Of a DNA stretch of 64,000 bases, positions 29,076 through 38,775 are shown one piece after another; within the stretch, counting starts at the first letter, position 1; each line of letters begins with the position of its first letter. The notes under the pieces are model-generated. The model did not search any database and was not told where the DNA came from. It was given only the letters and a program-made list of their open reading frames with translations. The stretch lies in contig OZ245002.1 in assembly GCA_965223415.1 (NCBI GenBank), positions 576,001 to 640,000 on the forward strand, written 5' to 3'. Source of the stretch: Myxococcota bacterium. GTDB taxonomy: Bacteria; Myxococcota_A; UBA9160; UBA6930. A program made the position numbers and the translations under genes.

Positions 29076-31661
29076 TCAACGGGAAGCCAGCAGGCCGCCG
29101 ACCTGCTGCAGCAGCACCGTGGGACCGAACGGCTTCGGAAGCAACGGGACGTCCTCGGGCCAGGATCGGTCCCGGTCCGGGTGGCCACTCATCACCAGGG
29201 CCGGCAGGCCCGGCGCCCGCGCGCGGATCGACTCCACGGCGGTGAGACCGTCGCAGCCGGGCATGCTGAGATCGAAGAGCAGCAGATCCACCTCGTCCAC
29301 GTGGGCGTCGAAGAGCTTGATCGCCGCCTCCCCGTCCTCGGCCTCCAGCACCCGGTAGCCCGCCCGCTCCAGAGCCGCCCGGGTCATGCGCCGGACCCCG
29401 GGCTCGTCCTCGGCCAGGAGGATCGTGCCCTCGCCGGTGGGACCGAAGGGCAGCTCCCCGCGCTCCTGCAACGGCGCCTGGAGCTTGGCTGCCGGCCACA
29501 CCACGCGGAACATGCTGCCACGGCCGAGGCTGCTGCGAACCGCGATGCTCCCCCCGTGGGCCTCGACGATGCCGTAGACCACGGCGAGCCCCAGGCCCGT
29601 GCCGTGCCCTTTCCCCTTGGTCGTGTAGAAGGGATCGAAGATCCGGCGCTTCGTGGCGGCGTCCATCCCGACTCCGTCGTCGGTGACCGTCACCTCCAGG
29701 CTCTGGCCGCCGTCGATGCTGCGCGCCTGTAGCACGATGCTCCCCTCCTCCCCCACCGCGTCCCGCGCGTTGAGCAGGAGGTTCGTGACCACCCGTCGCA
29801 GCTCGGTCGCGTCGGCGGCGGCCGGCGGGATGCCGGGCTCGGTCCGCACTTCCAGCTTCACGGCGGGCCCGAGCGAGGGACGCAACAACGCCTCGATCTC
29901 CAGGAAGAGACGGTTCAGGTGGACGGATCCGTCGGCCCGCGGACCCTGGCGGGCGAAGGCCAGGAGGCCCTGGGTGAGCTCGGCGCAATGCTCGGCGGCT
30001 CGTTCGAGATCCTGCAGCGGCCCGGTGGCGGCAGCGTCCTCGGGAAGCTCGTGGAGGAGCAGCCGGGCGTTGCCCAGGATGCCCGTCAGCTGGTTGTTGA
30101 AGTCGTGGGCGAGCCCTCCCGCCAGGGTCCCGAGCGTCTCCATGCGATCGGCGTGCTGCATCCGCTCGACGATGCGCCGCTCCGCGGTGACGTCGTGGGT
30201 GACCCAGACCCGGCCGAGCGGGGTGCCGTCGGGCCCGCGCACCGCCTGGGCGCTCATCCACAGGACGCGCCCGTCATCCTCGGGGAAGCGCAGCTCGAAG
30301 GCGTCCAGGGGAAGCACCTGGGAGCCTCCCAGGCGCAGCAGGTGCGCGTCCAGGTGGGGTCGCACCGCCCTCTCGAGGCGACCGCGGATCGTCAGCATGA
30401 CGTCCTGCACCTCCTTGCCGAGCCAGGCCTCCGGTGCGCCGAGATCGAACTGTGCCGCGATCGTGCGGTTCATCAGCTGGATGCGACCACTGCCGTCGGT
30501 GAGCAGGATGCCGACCGGCACCGCCTCGAGCAGCGCCCGCGTGTTGCTTCGGCCGACCTCCAGGGAGTACGCCTGACGCTCCGCCTCCTCCCGGGCCCGC
30601 GCCACCCGGAGCGCGGAGGCCACGACCTGCGCCAGCTCCTCGACGAACTCCGTGCGCTCGGCGAGCGGGCTCGGCGAGGGAGAAAAGACCGCCACCAGCA
30701 CGCCGACCAGCTCGCCGTCCATCCGCACGGGGGCGAAGAAGCCGTCTCCGTCGGAGAGGATCCACGCGACGCTGGCCAGAGCCGGGTCGTCCTCCGCGAC
30801 GAGCCGCATCGCGCCCTCGGCGCCGACGGCGCGTCGGCCCAGGCCGTCGTCGAGCCCCACGTGCCGGAGGTCCCGGGGCAACCTGGGGCCCCGCGGGCTC
30901 GGCAACAGGCGCAGCACATCACCCTCGCGCTTCCAGACGCCGATCAGCGGCGCCACCGCGGCCGCGCCGAGCTCCTCGGCGAGACGAGCGAGGAGCCGGT
31001 CCGCGTCGCCGGGCTCCCGCGCCAGGTCGGCGACACGACGCAGGAGCCTGCGCTCTTCCCGCACCTCCTGCTGGCGTCGGCCGGCCCGCTCGACCAGGCT
31101 GACGAGCTGGAACGCGCCGGTGCTGAAGCCCAGCACGAGCCAGGCCGTCACCGCCGCCGCGTGAGGGGCTCCGAGCTGGTCCGGGTCCAGGATCCGCAGG
31201 GTCGCGAGACCGAAGATCAAGGCGGCGAGGCCGTACTCGGCGGCGGCCGCCTTCGTGGCCCGCGCGTAGCGCCATACCCGCAACGCGGACGCCAACAGCA
31301 TCCCGGCGCAGATCAGGCCGGAAACGAGCTGGGCCGGAGGGGAAGGCCGCAGGAAGAGGAGGCCGACGACGGGCAACCCCAGCCACGACCAGCGCGAAAG
31401 GGGCACGGCCATGGGGTGCCGGGTGAAGGCGAGCGCGCCGGCCAGGAACAGGGCGGCGAAGGCGTAGGCAGCGACGGCCGTGAGCGGCTCGACGATCGGG
31501 TGCGCCCGATCCAGCTCGCCGAGCACACCGGTCAATACCAGGACGCACCAGGCCGCCGCCCAGAGGGGCGCGGCCCGGAGGTGCGCGTAGCTCGACCTCA
31601 GATACAGAAAGGCCGCAATGGCGGCGAGGCCCGCCGGCAGCACCTTCCAGAGCTCGTCCAA
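29076..31661 (-). CDS. Membrane-bound hybrid sensor kinase (TM-GAF-PAS-HisKA-HATPase-REC)
   Basis: Multiple N-terminal TM helices, AHDFNNQL, NARDA, FDPFYTTK, GTGLGL and C-terminal receiver LAEDE...DLSMP...KPF; TTG start with GAGGAG SD. Confidence 0.9.
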   Translation of the reverse strand: MDELWKVLPAGLAAIAAFLYLRSSYAHLRAAPLWAAAWCVLVLTGVLGELDRAHPIVEPLTAVAAYAFAALFLAGALAFTRHPMAVPLSRWSWLGLPVVGLLFLRPSPPAQLVSGLICAGMLLASALRVWRYARATKAAAAEYGLAALIFGLATLRILDPDQLGAPHAAAVTAWLVLGFSTGAFQLVSLVERAGRRQQEVREERRLLRRVADLAREPGDADRLLARLAEELGAAAVAPLIGVWKREGDVLRLLPSPRGPRLPRDLRHVGLDDGLGRRAVGAEGAMRLVAEDDPALASVAWILSDGDGFFAPVRMDGELVGVLVAVFSPSPSPLAERTEFVEELAQVVASALRVARAREEAERQAYSLEVGRSNTRALLEAVPVGILLTDGSGRIQLMNRTIAAQFDLGAPEAWLGKEVQDVMLTIRGRLERAVRPHLDAHLLRLGGSQVLPLDAFELRFPEDDGRVLWMSAQAVRGPDGTPLGRVWVTHDVTAERRIVERMQHADRMETLGTLAGGLAHDFNNQLTGILGNARLLLHELPEDAAATGPLQDLERAAEHCAELTQGLLAFARQGPRADGSVHLNRLFLEIEALLRPSLGPAVKLEVRTEPGIPPAAADATELRRVVTNLLLNARDAVGEEGSIVLQARSIDGGQSLEVTVTDDGVGMDAATKRRIFDPFYTTKGKGHGTGLGLAVVYGIVEAHGGSIAVRSSLGRGSMFRVVWPAAKLQAPLQERGELPFGPTGEGTILLAEDEPGVRRMTRAALERAGYRVLEAEDGEAAIKLFDAHVDEVDLLLFDLSMPGCDGLTAVESIRARAPGLPALVMSGHPDRDRSWPEDVPLLPKPFGPTVLLQQVGGLLASR

Positions 31662-31793
31662 GCCGCCCCTCCTCGACGGGTCAGGATATCACCCGCGTCG
31701 TGTCGGGCCTCGGCGACCAGCGAGCCAGCACGCCCTACGTGCCGATTCCCGCTCAAGAGGGCCAGACCCTTCTCTTTCGTGAGGAGCTGCGCC

Positions 31794-31980
31794 ATGGCCC
31801 TTCGTCTGGTGTGCCCCCGATCTCGGACCCGGCGAACCCGGCGCTGTGGGTCCTGACGCCGGTGCGCGCCCTCCTCGCGACCGGCATGCTGGCCGCGTCG
31901 GTGTGCCTGTGGCTCAGCTTCTTCCCGCCGGGCGTTGCCGGAGCTGGCTGCTCAGGAACGCATCGTGGGCCCGGGCGCCG
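31794..31980 (+). pseudogene. Possible remnant of a membrane-protein gene
   Basis: SD plus ATG 31794 gives only 20 codons; another frame encodes a hydrophobic helix ending WLSFFPP. Confidence 0.3.
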
Positions 31981-32021
31981 CTCTCGGGCGCAGGGCTGGG
32001 TGGTCGCGGTAGCCTGCTCCC

Positions 32022-32477
32022 ATGGCCGCCGACGCCGTCGACGACGCGACCGAGATCACGAACCTTCTCCACCTCTACGCCGAGCGCATCGACGCCGGCG
32101 ATTTCGACGGTGTCGGCGCCCTGTTCGCCCATGCCGTGCTCACGGCCGAGGGGACGCCGATGCGGGTCGAGGGTGCCGAGAACGTCGCCCGTCACTACGC
32201 GTCCACCACCCGCCGCTACGACGACACGGGCACGCCGAAGACCAAGCACGTGATGACCAACCCGATCCTGGAGATCGACCACGCCGCCGGCAGCGCCGAC
32301 GTGCGCTCCTATTACACCGTCTGCCAGCAGACCGAGACGCTGCCCCTCCAGGTGATCATCAACGGCCGCTATCACGACCGCTTCGAGCGCGTCGACGACC
32401 ACTGGCGCTTCGCGTCCCGCCACTTCTTCGTCGACCAGGTCGGCGATCTCAGCCAGCACCTGCTGATCGAGCTCTAG
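32022..32477 (+). CDS. NTF2/SnoaL-like family protein
   Basis: ITNLLHLYAERIDAGDFD, TKHVMTN and GRYHDRF...WRF. Confidence 0.85.
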   Translation: MAADAVDDATEITNLLHLYAERIDAGDFDGVGALFAHAVLTAEGTPMRVEGAENVARHYASTTRRYDDTGTPKTKHVMTNPILEIDHAAGSADVRSYYTVCQQTETLPLQVIINGRYHDRFERVDDHWRFASRHFFVDQVGDLSQHLLIEL

Positions 32478-33768
32478 CAGGCTGCGGAAAAACCCCGTGC
32501 GACGGGTCGAATCGGTTGGTACAGGCATACCGGGGGGATGGAGATGCGCGGAACCGATCGAACGCAGTCCACGATGTTCAGCTACGTGTCGCCGGAGGCG
32601 CGTGTCCCCGCCGATCATCCACTGCGCGTGACGCGGGAGATGACGAATCGCGCCCTGGTCCGGCTGGACGGGAGGTTGCGGAAGCTGTACTCGCGGACGG
32701 GTCGGCCGTCGATTCCGCCCGAGCACCTGTTGCGGGCCCTGCTGCTGCAGGTGCTCTACTCGGTGCGAAGCGAGCGGATGCTGATGGAGCAGCTCGAGTA
32801 CAACCTGCTGTTCCGCTGGTTCGTGGGGCTCGAGATGGACGACCGGGTCTGGGACGTGACGGTGTTCACGAAGAATCGGGATCGGTTGCTTCGGGGAGAG
32901 ATCGCGGAGGGGTTCTTTCAGGCCGTGTTGGCGGAGGCCCGCGAGGAGGGGCTTCTGTCGGACGAGCACTTCACGGTGGACGGCACGCTGATCGAGGCAT
33001 GGGCGGGGCAGAAGAGCTTTCGGCCGAAGGACGAGGACCGGGGCGGCCGCGGGGGTGGACGGAAGGCGACGGAGCGGGACTTCCACGGTGAGCGTAGGAA
33101 GAACGACACGCACGCCTCGACGACGGACCCGGAGTCCCGGCTCTACCGCAAGGGGAAGGGGAAGGAAGCGAAGCTGTGCTTCATGGGCCACGTGGTGACG
33201 GAGAACCGGCATGGCCTGGTGGTGGCGGCCAAGACGACGCTGGCCACGGGCACGGCGGAGCGCGAGGCCTCGGTGGCGATGGTGAAGCGGGTGCCACGCG
33301 GACGGCGATCGACGTTGGGCGGAGACAAGGGCTACGACACGGTGTCGCATGTCGAAGAGCTTCGAGAGCTGGGCGTGACCCCGCACGTTGCGCAGAACGA
33401 CAAGGGCCGCCGCAGCGCGATCGATGATCGAACGACGACGCACGTGGGCTACGAGATCAGCCAGCGCAAACGCAAGGCGATCGAGCAGGTCTTCGGCTGG
33501 GGGAAGACGGTAGGCCCGATTCGCAAGGTGAAGCATCGCGGCAAGGAGCGGGTGGGCTGGATGTTCACGTTCACCCAGGCGGCCTACAACCTTGTGAGGA
33601 TGAGGAACCTGCTATGCCCCACGTAGCTTGTCGGGTCGAGTGGAGGGCCCCGTTGGCAGCGAGCCGGGCGTCAACCGGCGGCAAGGCCTCGATTCCGCGC
33701 TCCTTTCCTAGCCAAAGCGCCTCCAAGGCACCGTTCTCTGCGTACCATCGGCGTTCTTCCGCAGCCTG
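32478..33768 (+). mobile_element. IS5-family insertion sequence
   Basis: 16-bp TIRs caggctgcggaaaaac (32478-32493) and gttcttccgcagcctg (33753-33768), 15/16 match; CTAG on both flanks (32474-32477, 33769-33772). Confidence 0.92.
32538..33626 (+). CDS. IS5-family DDE transposase
   Basis: VPADHPLR, GRPSIPPE, LLFRWFVGL, VDGTLI, DKGYD and RKAIEQVFGWGK. Confidence 0.93.
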   Translation: MEMRGTDRTQSTMFSYVSPEARVPADHPLRVTREMTNRALVRLDGRLRKLYSRTGRPSIPPEHLLRALLLQVLYSVRSERMLMEQLEYNLLFRWFVGLEMDDRVWDVTVFTKNRDRLLRGEIAEGFFQAVLAEAREEGLLSDEHFTVDGTLIEAWAGQKSFRPKDEDRGGRGGGRKATERDFHGERRKNDTHASTTDPESRLYRKGKGKEAKLCFMGHVVTENRHGLVVAAKTTLATGTAEREASVAMVKRVPRGRRSTLGGDKGYDTVSHVEELRELGVTPHVAQNDKGRRSAIDDRTTTHVGYEISQRKRKAIEQVFGWGKTVGPIRKVKHRGKERVGWMFTFTQAAYNLVRMRNLLCPT

Positions 33769-34896
33769 CTAGTGTCCTGTTCCAGAAGAAACCACTCGAT
33801 TAGAATCGGAGTGGACGTCGAGGACGCGACCACAGTAGCGCCGCACACTCGCGAGGATCTGATCCGCGGTCTTGGTCCAGACGAAGGGTCTCGGATCGTC
33901 GTTCGTCGTCTTCAGGAAGCTCCGGATGTCGTTCTCGAGCGCCCTCGTGCTGCGATGCACGCCGCGACGGATGCAACGCTCGGTGATGAGTGCAAAGAAC
34001 CGCTCGACCTGATTCAGCCATGAGCTGTACGTCGGGGTGAAGTGCACGTGGAAACGAGGGTGGCGCGCGAGCCAGCTCCGAGTTCGCTTCGTCTTGTGCG
34101 TGGTGTAGTTGTCGAGCACGAGATGGATGTCGAGTTCGGCGGGTACGTTGTCGTCGATCGTCCTGAGGAACTTCAGGAACTCCTCCGTGCGGTGCCGGCG
34201 ATGGAGGGATCCGATCACTTCGCCCGTTGCGATGTTGAGTGCGGCAAAGAGTGTCGTCGTGCCATGGCGTAGGTATCCGTGTGTGCGCTGCTCCGCCCGG
34301 CCCGGTTGCATCGGCAAGACAGGCTGGTTCCGTTCCAGCGCTTGGATCTGCGATTTCTCGTCGACGCAGAGGACGACCGCGTTCGCCGGCGGAGACATGT
34401 ACAGGCCGACGATATCCACCACCTTGTCCACAAAATGGGGATCGTTGGAGAGCCGGAAGCGCTCGACTCGGTGCGGCTGGAGGCTGAATGCTCGCCAGAT
34501 GCGATGAACCGTCGTCGTCGGGAGGCCTACCCGCTTCGCCATCAGGCGAACGGACCAGTGCGTCGCTCCCGTGGGCGTTTCCTCTAGCGTCAAGCGCACG
34601 ACCTCATCGACCTGCTCGTCGGTCACCGTCCGGGGCGCTCCCGGCTTGGGCTCGTCGTAGAGCCCAGCGATCCGCTTTTCGACGAAGCGCTTGCGCCAGA
34701 TCCCGACGGTCTCTCGTCGCTTGCCTACGCGTTCCGCGATTTCCCCATTCGTCAGCCCCTGCTCTGCGAGCAATACAATGCGCGAGCGGTAGGCCAACTG
34801 ATGCGCGCTCTTCCGCCTTCTGGCGTGCGTCTGGAGCTCTTCTCGCTCCGCATCCGTCAGCACAATCGGCGTCTTGGGCCGGCCACGATTCGCCAT
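33769..34896 (-). CDS. IS630-family transposase
   Basis: HTH N-terminus, [28 protein letters not shown] and [14 protein letters not shown]; the stop codon uses the target TA. Confidence 0.93.
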   Translation of the reverse strand: MANRGRPKTPIVLTDAEREELQTHARRRKSAHQLAYRSRIVLLAEQGLTNGEIAERVGKRRETVGIWRKRFVEKRIAGLYDEPKPGAPRTVTDEQVDEVVRLTLEETPTGATHWSVRLMAKRVGLPTTTVHRIWRAFSLQPHRVERFRLSNDPHFVDKVVDIVGLYMSPPANAVVLCVDEKSQIQALERNQPVLPMQPGRAEQRTHGYLRHGTTTLFAALNIATGEVIGSLHRRHRTEEFLKFLRTIDDNVPAELDIHLVLDNYTTHKTKRTRSWLARHPRFHVHFTPTYSSWLNQVERFFALITERCIRRGVHRSTRALENDIRSFLKTTNDDPRPFVWTKTADQILASVRRYCGRVLDVHSDSNRVVSSGTGH

Positions 34897-34983
34897 ACGT
34901 CCCCCCAACGTGATGCCGGTAAGATGCCCCCTGCACGTTGGGAGTTCGCACTATTTTGCGTACTTTTTTCCGAAACAGGACAC
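33772..34983 (-). mobile_element. IS630-family insertion sequence
   Basis: Imperfect TIRs beginning gtgtcctgtt and ending aacaggacac; TA on both flanks (33770-33771, 34984-34985). Confidence 0.9.
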
Positions 34984-35429
34984 TAGAAGGGGATGTCGCT
35001 CGCCGGCGGCTCGCCGGGCTCGAACCCGCCGCCGTCTCCGCCGCCCGACGGCGTGCCGCCGCCTCCGTCGCCGCCGCGGCTCCCGCCGCCCTCACCGCGG
35101 GGACCGCCCAGGAACTGCACGTTCTGCGCGACGATCTCGGTGGTGCGCTGCTTCTGGCCTTCCTTGTTCTCCCACTCGCGGGTCTGGATGCGACCCTCGA
35201 CGTAGACCGTCCGGCCCTTGGCGAGGTACTGGGCGCAGTTCTCGGCGACCCGCCCCCACACCACGATCCGGTGCCACTCGGTGCGGTCTTCGCGGCGCCC
35301 TTCCTTCGTCGTGTAGGACTCGCTCGTCGCCAGGCTGAAGTTCGCGACGGCCTGTCCGCCCTTGGTGTACCGAAGCTCCGGGTCGCGGCCGAGGTTTCCG
35401 ATCAGGATCGCTTTGTTGACGCCTGCCAT
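34983..35429 (-). CDS. ssb: Single-stranded DNA-binding protein
   Basis: [22 protein letters not shown], Gly-rich linker and DIPF tail. Confidence 0.97.
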   Translation of the reverse strand: MAGVNKAILIGNLGRDPELRYTKGGQAVANFSLATSESYTTKEGRREDRTEWHRIVVWGRVAENCAQYLAKGRTVYVEGRIQTREWENKEGQKQRTTEIVAQNVQFLGGPRGEGGGSRGGDGGGGTPSGGGDGGGFEPGEPPASDIPF

Positions 35430-35462
35430 GGGGGGGCACTCCGTCGCAAGGGGTGTCTTGCG

Positions 35463-35491
35463 ATCATCCCGTGCCGGCCAGAGGCCGTCAA
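35463..35491 (-). promoter_or_regulatory. Candidate sigma70 promoter of ssb (TTGACG-N17-GATGAT)
   Basis: Hexamers at 35491-35486 and 35468-35463 with a 17-nt spacer. Confidence 0.45.
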
Positions 35492-35494
35492 TGG

Positions 35495-35508
35495 CGAACG
35501 GACGTTCA
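35495..35508. promoter_or_regulatory. Candidate LexA box (GAAC-N4-GTTC)
   Basis: cgaacggacgttca, adjacent to the candidate ssb -35 element. Confidence 0.4.
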
Positions 35509-35546
35509 CGGTCGGATGCAAACGGCGTTTCGCGCGCGTTCGAGGG

Positions 35547-35897
35547 CTAGGCCCGATCCGTCCGAAGCTGCACCACCAGCTCGTTGATGCGATCCCGCGA
35601 GGCGCGGTCGAGCCCGTCGAACTCGATCGCCATGCCCCGCGGCTCGGTGCGAACGACCCGACCGGTGGCCTTGACGGGCTCCTCGCTGCCGGGCAGCTCG
35701 AACTGCAGCTGGACCCGGTCCTCGAGGTCGAGGGGGCGCTCGGTGGCGATGAACAGGCCGCCCTCGTTGATGTTGCGGGTAAACTCGCTGAAGAGGGCGT
35801 CGACCGTCTCGTACTCGATCCGGACGGTGACCGGCGCGCGAGGCGACTCGCGCCGCTCGATCGTGGTCTGGATCTGCTCGCGGGCTTCCTCGGCCAT
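35547..35897 (-). CDS. PilZ-domain protein (Myxococcus TIGR02266-like)
   Basis: RRESPR (RxxxR), NINEGGLFI (D/NxSxxG variant) and GMAIEF. Confidence 0.85.
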   Translation of the reverse strand: MAEEAREQIQTTIERRESPRAPVTVRIEYETVDALFSEFTRNINEGGLFIATERPLDLEDRVQLQFELPGSEEPVKATGRVVRTEPRGMAIEFDGLDRASRDRINELVVQLRTDRA

Positions 35898-35935
35898 GTC
35901 CTGCTCATCGTCCAGGACCGGCGGATCGCTTTAGC

Positions 35936-36637
35936 TCAAGCGCGCTGACCCCCGAGGGGATCAGCGGCCTCCTCCTCGAAGGCGCCGTGCTCGCGGAGGG
36001 AGGCGAAGCCGTGCTCCGCGACCACGACGTGGTCCAGCAGCGGGACGCCGAGCAGCCTCCCGGCCTGGACCAGGCGCCGGGTGACCTGCCGGTCCTCGGG
36101 GCTGGGCGTGGGATCCCCGCTCGGATGGTTGTGCACCGCGACCAGCGCGGCCGCGCCCTCCCGCAGGGCCGGGCGGAAGACCTCCCGGGGATGCACCAGG
36201 CTCGAGGTGAGGGTGCCCTGGGAGGTGAGCACCTCGCGGATCACGCGGTGGCGCCCGTCCAACAGCAGGACGAAGAAGCGCTCATGGGGTGCATCCCGAA
36301 GACTCGAATGGAAGTGGCGGAAGACGTCTTCGGGCCCGCGGATCGGATCGCCTTCGTGCAGGCGATGAGCGGCGAGGCGGCGGCCCAGCTCGACGGCCGC
36401 CAGCAGGCTCGCGCTCTTGGCCGCGCCCACGCCGGGCGTGCGACGCAGCTCGGCGGCGGAGGCCATGGCCAGGCCGCGCAGCCCGGCCGGCGCCAGCAGC
36501 ACTTCCGCCAGCTGGAGCACGCCGCGCGCGGCGCTGCCGGTGCCCAGCAGGAGGGCGACCAGCTCGGCGTCGGCCAGCGCCGGGGCACCCTGCCGGTGCA
36601 GGCGTTCCCTCGGACCGTCGTGTCTCTGTCCGCCCAT
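35936..36637 (-). CDS. radC: RadC family JAB-domain protein
   Basis: PRERL, LADAELVALLL, HPREVF, HNHPSGDPTPS and LLDH. Confidence 0.95.
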   Translation of the reverse strand: MGGQRHDGPRERLHRQGAPALADAELVALLLGTGSAARGVLQLAEVLLAPAGLRGLAMASAAELRRTPGVGAAKSASLLAAVELGRRLAAHRLHEGDPIRGPEDVFRHFHSSLRDAPHERFFVLLLDGRHRVIREVLTSQGTLTSSLVHPREVFRPALREGAAALVAVHNHPSGDPTPSPEDRQVTRRLVQAGRLLGVPLLDHVVVAEHGFASLREHGAFEEEAADPLGGQRA

Positions 36638-36673
36638 CGGCGGACCTCCGCGGGACCGGAGAGGTGAGCCGTG

Positions 36674-37918
36674 CTAGCCGCGGCAGGCGCGTTCCGCCGC
36701 CTCCGCGCGCTCCATGGCTTCGGTGAAGCGGTCCGGCGGCAGCTCGGGCGCGATCAGCCCGCGCAGGGTGCTCCGCCGGTGGTTCGGAGCTTCGATGCGA
36801 TCGACGAAGGCTCGCAGGAGTGCCAAGTAGCCCTTGGCCTCGCCGGGCTGGCTCATCGCCGCCTCGAGCTCGAGGGGGCTCGCGCCGAGGAAGCTACCGC
36901 CGTCGGTCATGCGGATGCGGCCTTCCGGGGACACGGCTCCGAGCCGCTTCATCGCGGCCCGCAGGTAGCGATCGGTGAACGCGCCCCGCTCCGAGAGGGC
37001 ACGGGAGAGCGCGGACGCGTCGAGGGTCCCGCGCAGGCTCGCGTCGAAGCGGGCGGCGCAGCCGCTCACCTCGCCGGCACCGATGGCGGCCAGGGCCCCG
37101 CGGGCCTTGCGCACGGCCTCCACCCCGCCGTCCGCGGGCACCATCTCCACCGAGTAGACATAGAGATCGCGCAGCTCGTCCAGGCTCTGGCGCGAGCGCA
37201 GCTCGTACTCGCCGGCGGCCGGATCGGTATCCACCTGCACCAGCAGGTCCTCGCCGAGCTGGATCGCCTCCACCCGCTTCACGTGGGGGCTCGTCACCTG
37301 GTCGAGGGTGGAGCCGGCCTCGTCTCCCCGGGCGGTCTCGGCCAGGATCACGCCGAAGCCGTCGGTGCGATTCTGCACCCGCACGGTGAGCGCTTCCTTG
37401 GTCAGGAAGCTCATCGAGGAGCGACCGGCCAGGTACACGTGGGAGGCGGCGACCAGGGTGTTCGGCAGGGGCTCCAGCTCGAGCAGCACCCGATCCTGCG
37501 TGGAAGAGACGCGGATGGTCGCCTCTTTCTGCCGATAGCCCTCCAGGAACGCGCGGATCATCACCGCATCCCGGGGCCCGGCCTCCACGCGCAGCGGGAG
37601 GATCACCTTGACCGGCGCCTCGGCCTGCTCGTAGCGCTTCTGGAAGTTGGAGCGGATGTAGAAGAGATCGACGAGCGCGCCGGAGGGAACGGTGTCGACC
37701 TGGATGAAGCGCTCGCCATAGTTGTGGCCCGGCCGCAGGAAGGCGAACACGTTACCCGGGCTCCAGTCGGCCTTGTCGTCCGGGATGAGGTGGATCGTGT
37801 CTTCCGCCGCCGTGGCACCGGGCAGCACCACGCCGAGGACGCCCGCCATCAGGGCGAGGATCGCGAGCGGGCGAGTTCGTCGTCGGGCGCGCTTCAACCT
37901 GTCCTCTCGGTCCGCCAC
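36674..37918 (-). CDS. Exported hypothetical protein
   Basis: Basic-hydrophobic N-terminal signal ending ATAA; co-oriented and tightly packed with the ECF/anti-sigma genes. Confidence 0.7.
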   Translation of the reverse strand: MADREDRLKRARRRTRPLAILALMAGVLGVVLPGATAAEDTIHLIPDDKADWSPGNVFAFLRPGHNYGERFIQVDTVPSGALVDLFYIRSNFQKRYEQAEAPVKVILPLRVEAGPRDAVMIRAFLEGYRQKEATIRVSSTQDRVLLELEPLPNTLVAASHVYLAGRSSMSFLTKEALTVRVQNRTDGFGVILAETARGDEAGSTLDQVTSPHVKRVEAIQLGEDLLVQVDTDPAAGEYELRSRQSLDELRDLYVYSVEMVPADGGVEAVRKARGALAAIGAGEVSGCAARFDASLRGTLDASALSRALSERGAFTDRYLRAAMKRLGAVSPEGRIRMTDGGSFLGASPLELEAAMSQPGEAKGYLALLRAFVDRIEAPNHRRSTLRGLIAPELPPDRFTEAMERAEAAERACRG

Positions 37919-37983
37919 CGGGGAAGGGAGGCTACCGGGCTTTGGGGTCGCCTGCCGCCACCTCGAACGTCAGCCCGCGGCGC

Positions 37984-38775
37984 TCAGCGCCGCGGGGCCG
38001 CCGCGGTCCGCTCGAAGCGGGCCGCCAGGCCCTGGGCCCGCGGGTCCCCACTCTCGCGCAGGCGGGCCGCCAGCACCGAGGCCGAGCCCTGGTGGGCTGC
38101 GAAGCGCGAGAGCTCCGCCAGCCAGCGCTCCCGCGCCCGGTCCGGAACGTTCTCGACCTCGCGCAGGAAGACGCTCGGTTCGCGCATGCCCAGGCCCACG
38201 TGCCAGGCATGCCAGCGTGCGCAATCCGGCGCCCCGCCCCGCAGGCAGGCGGCCAGAGGGGGCATCCCGGGGATGCCGGCGACGCCGCGGCGCCGGGCCG
38301 CCAGGGGAGCTGCGGCGGCGGGAGCCGCGGCAGCTGCGGCCACCGACTCGGGGGCGGCCCGATCCGCCGAGGCCGAAGCGAGGCCCGCCGACCCGGGAGC
38401 GAGCCCCGGCAGCGTCACCTGCACCTCGACGGCCTGGACGAGCACCAGGAGCGTGAGCCCCACCGCCGCCGTCAGTAGCGGCGGCCCGGCGGTGGAGTCC
38501 ATCCAGCGCTGCCAGCGGCCGCCCCAGCGACCCCACCAACCGGGGTCGGCCTCGCCGGCGGCAATCCGGGCCATCACCCGATTGCCCAGCTGCGGCGGCG
38601 GCTCCTCCGGCGAGCCGAGGGCGGATAACAGCTGCACCGTCCCGCGCAGGGCGGCAAGCTCCTCCCGGCACGCCGAGCAGCGCGTCAGGTGGGCTTCGAC
38701 GCCCGCGCGAAGGTGGGGAGGCAGGGTCTCGTCGGCGTACTCGCTCAGTCGCCGCTCGCACCGGGCATGTCTCAT
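37984..38775 (-). CDS. Membrane-anchored anti-sigma factor (zf-HC2)
   Basis: HLTRCSAC (HxxxCxxC) and one TM helix; ATG overlaps the sigma stop. Confidence 0.85.
   Translation of the reverse strand: MRHARCERRLSEYADETLPPHLRAGVEAHLTRCSACREELAALRGTVQLLSALGSPEEPPPQLGNRVMARIAAGEADPGWWGRWGGRWQRWMDSTAGPPLLTAAVGLTLLVLVQAVEVQVTLPGLAPGSAGLASASADRAAPESVAAAAAAPAAAAPLAARRRGVAGIPGMPPLAACLRGGAPDCARWHAWHVGLGMREPSVFLREVENVPDRARERWLAELSRFAAHQGSASVLAARLRESGDPRAQGLAARFERTAAAPRR

Noticed and set aside
32478..34983. IS pair as a composite transposon or RNA-guided element
   Set aside because: Two different families with no cargo; both are ordinary DDE transposases with no TnpB, IscB or IS110 features
35936..36637. 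radC as a marker of an integrated mobile or defence island
   Set aside because: Full-length chromosomal type with its N-terminal region; no integrase or att sites nearby
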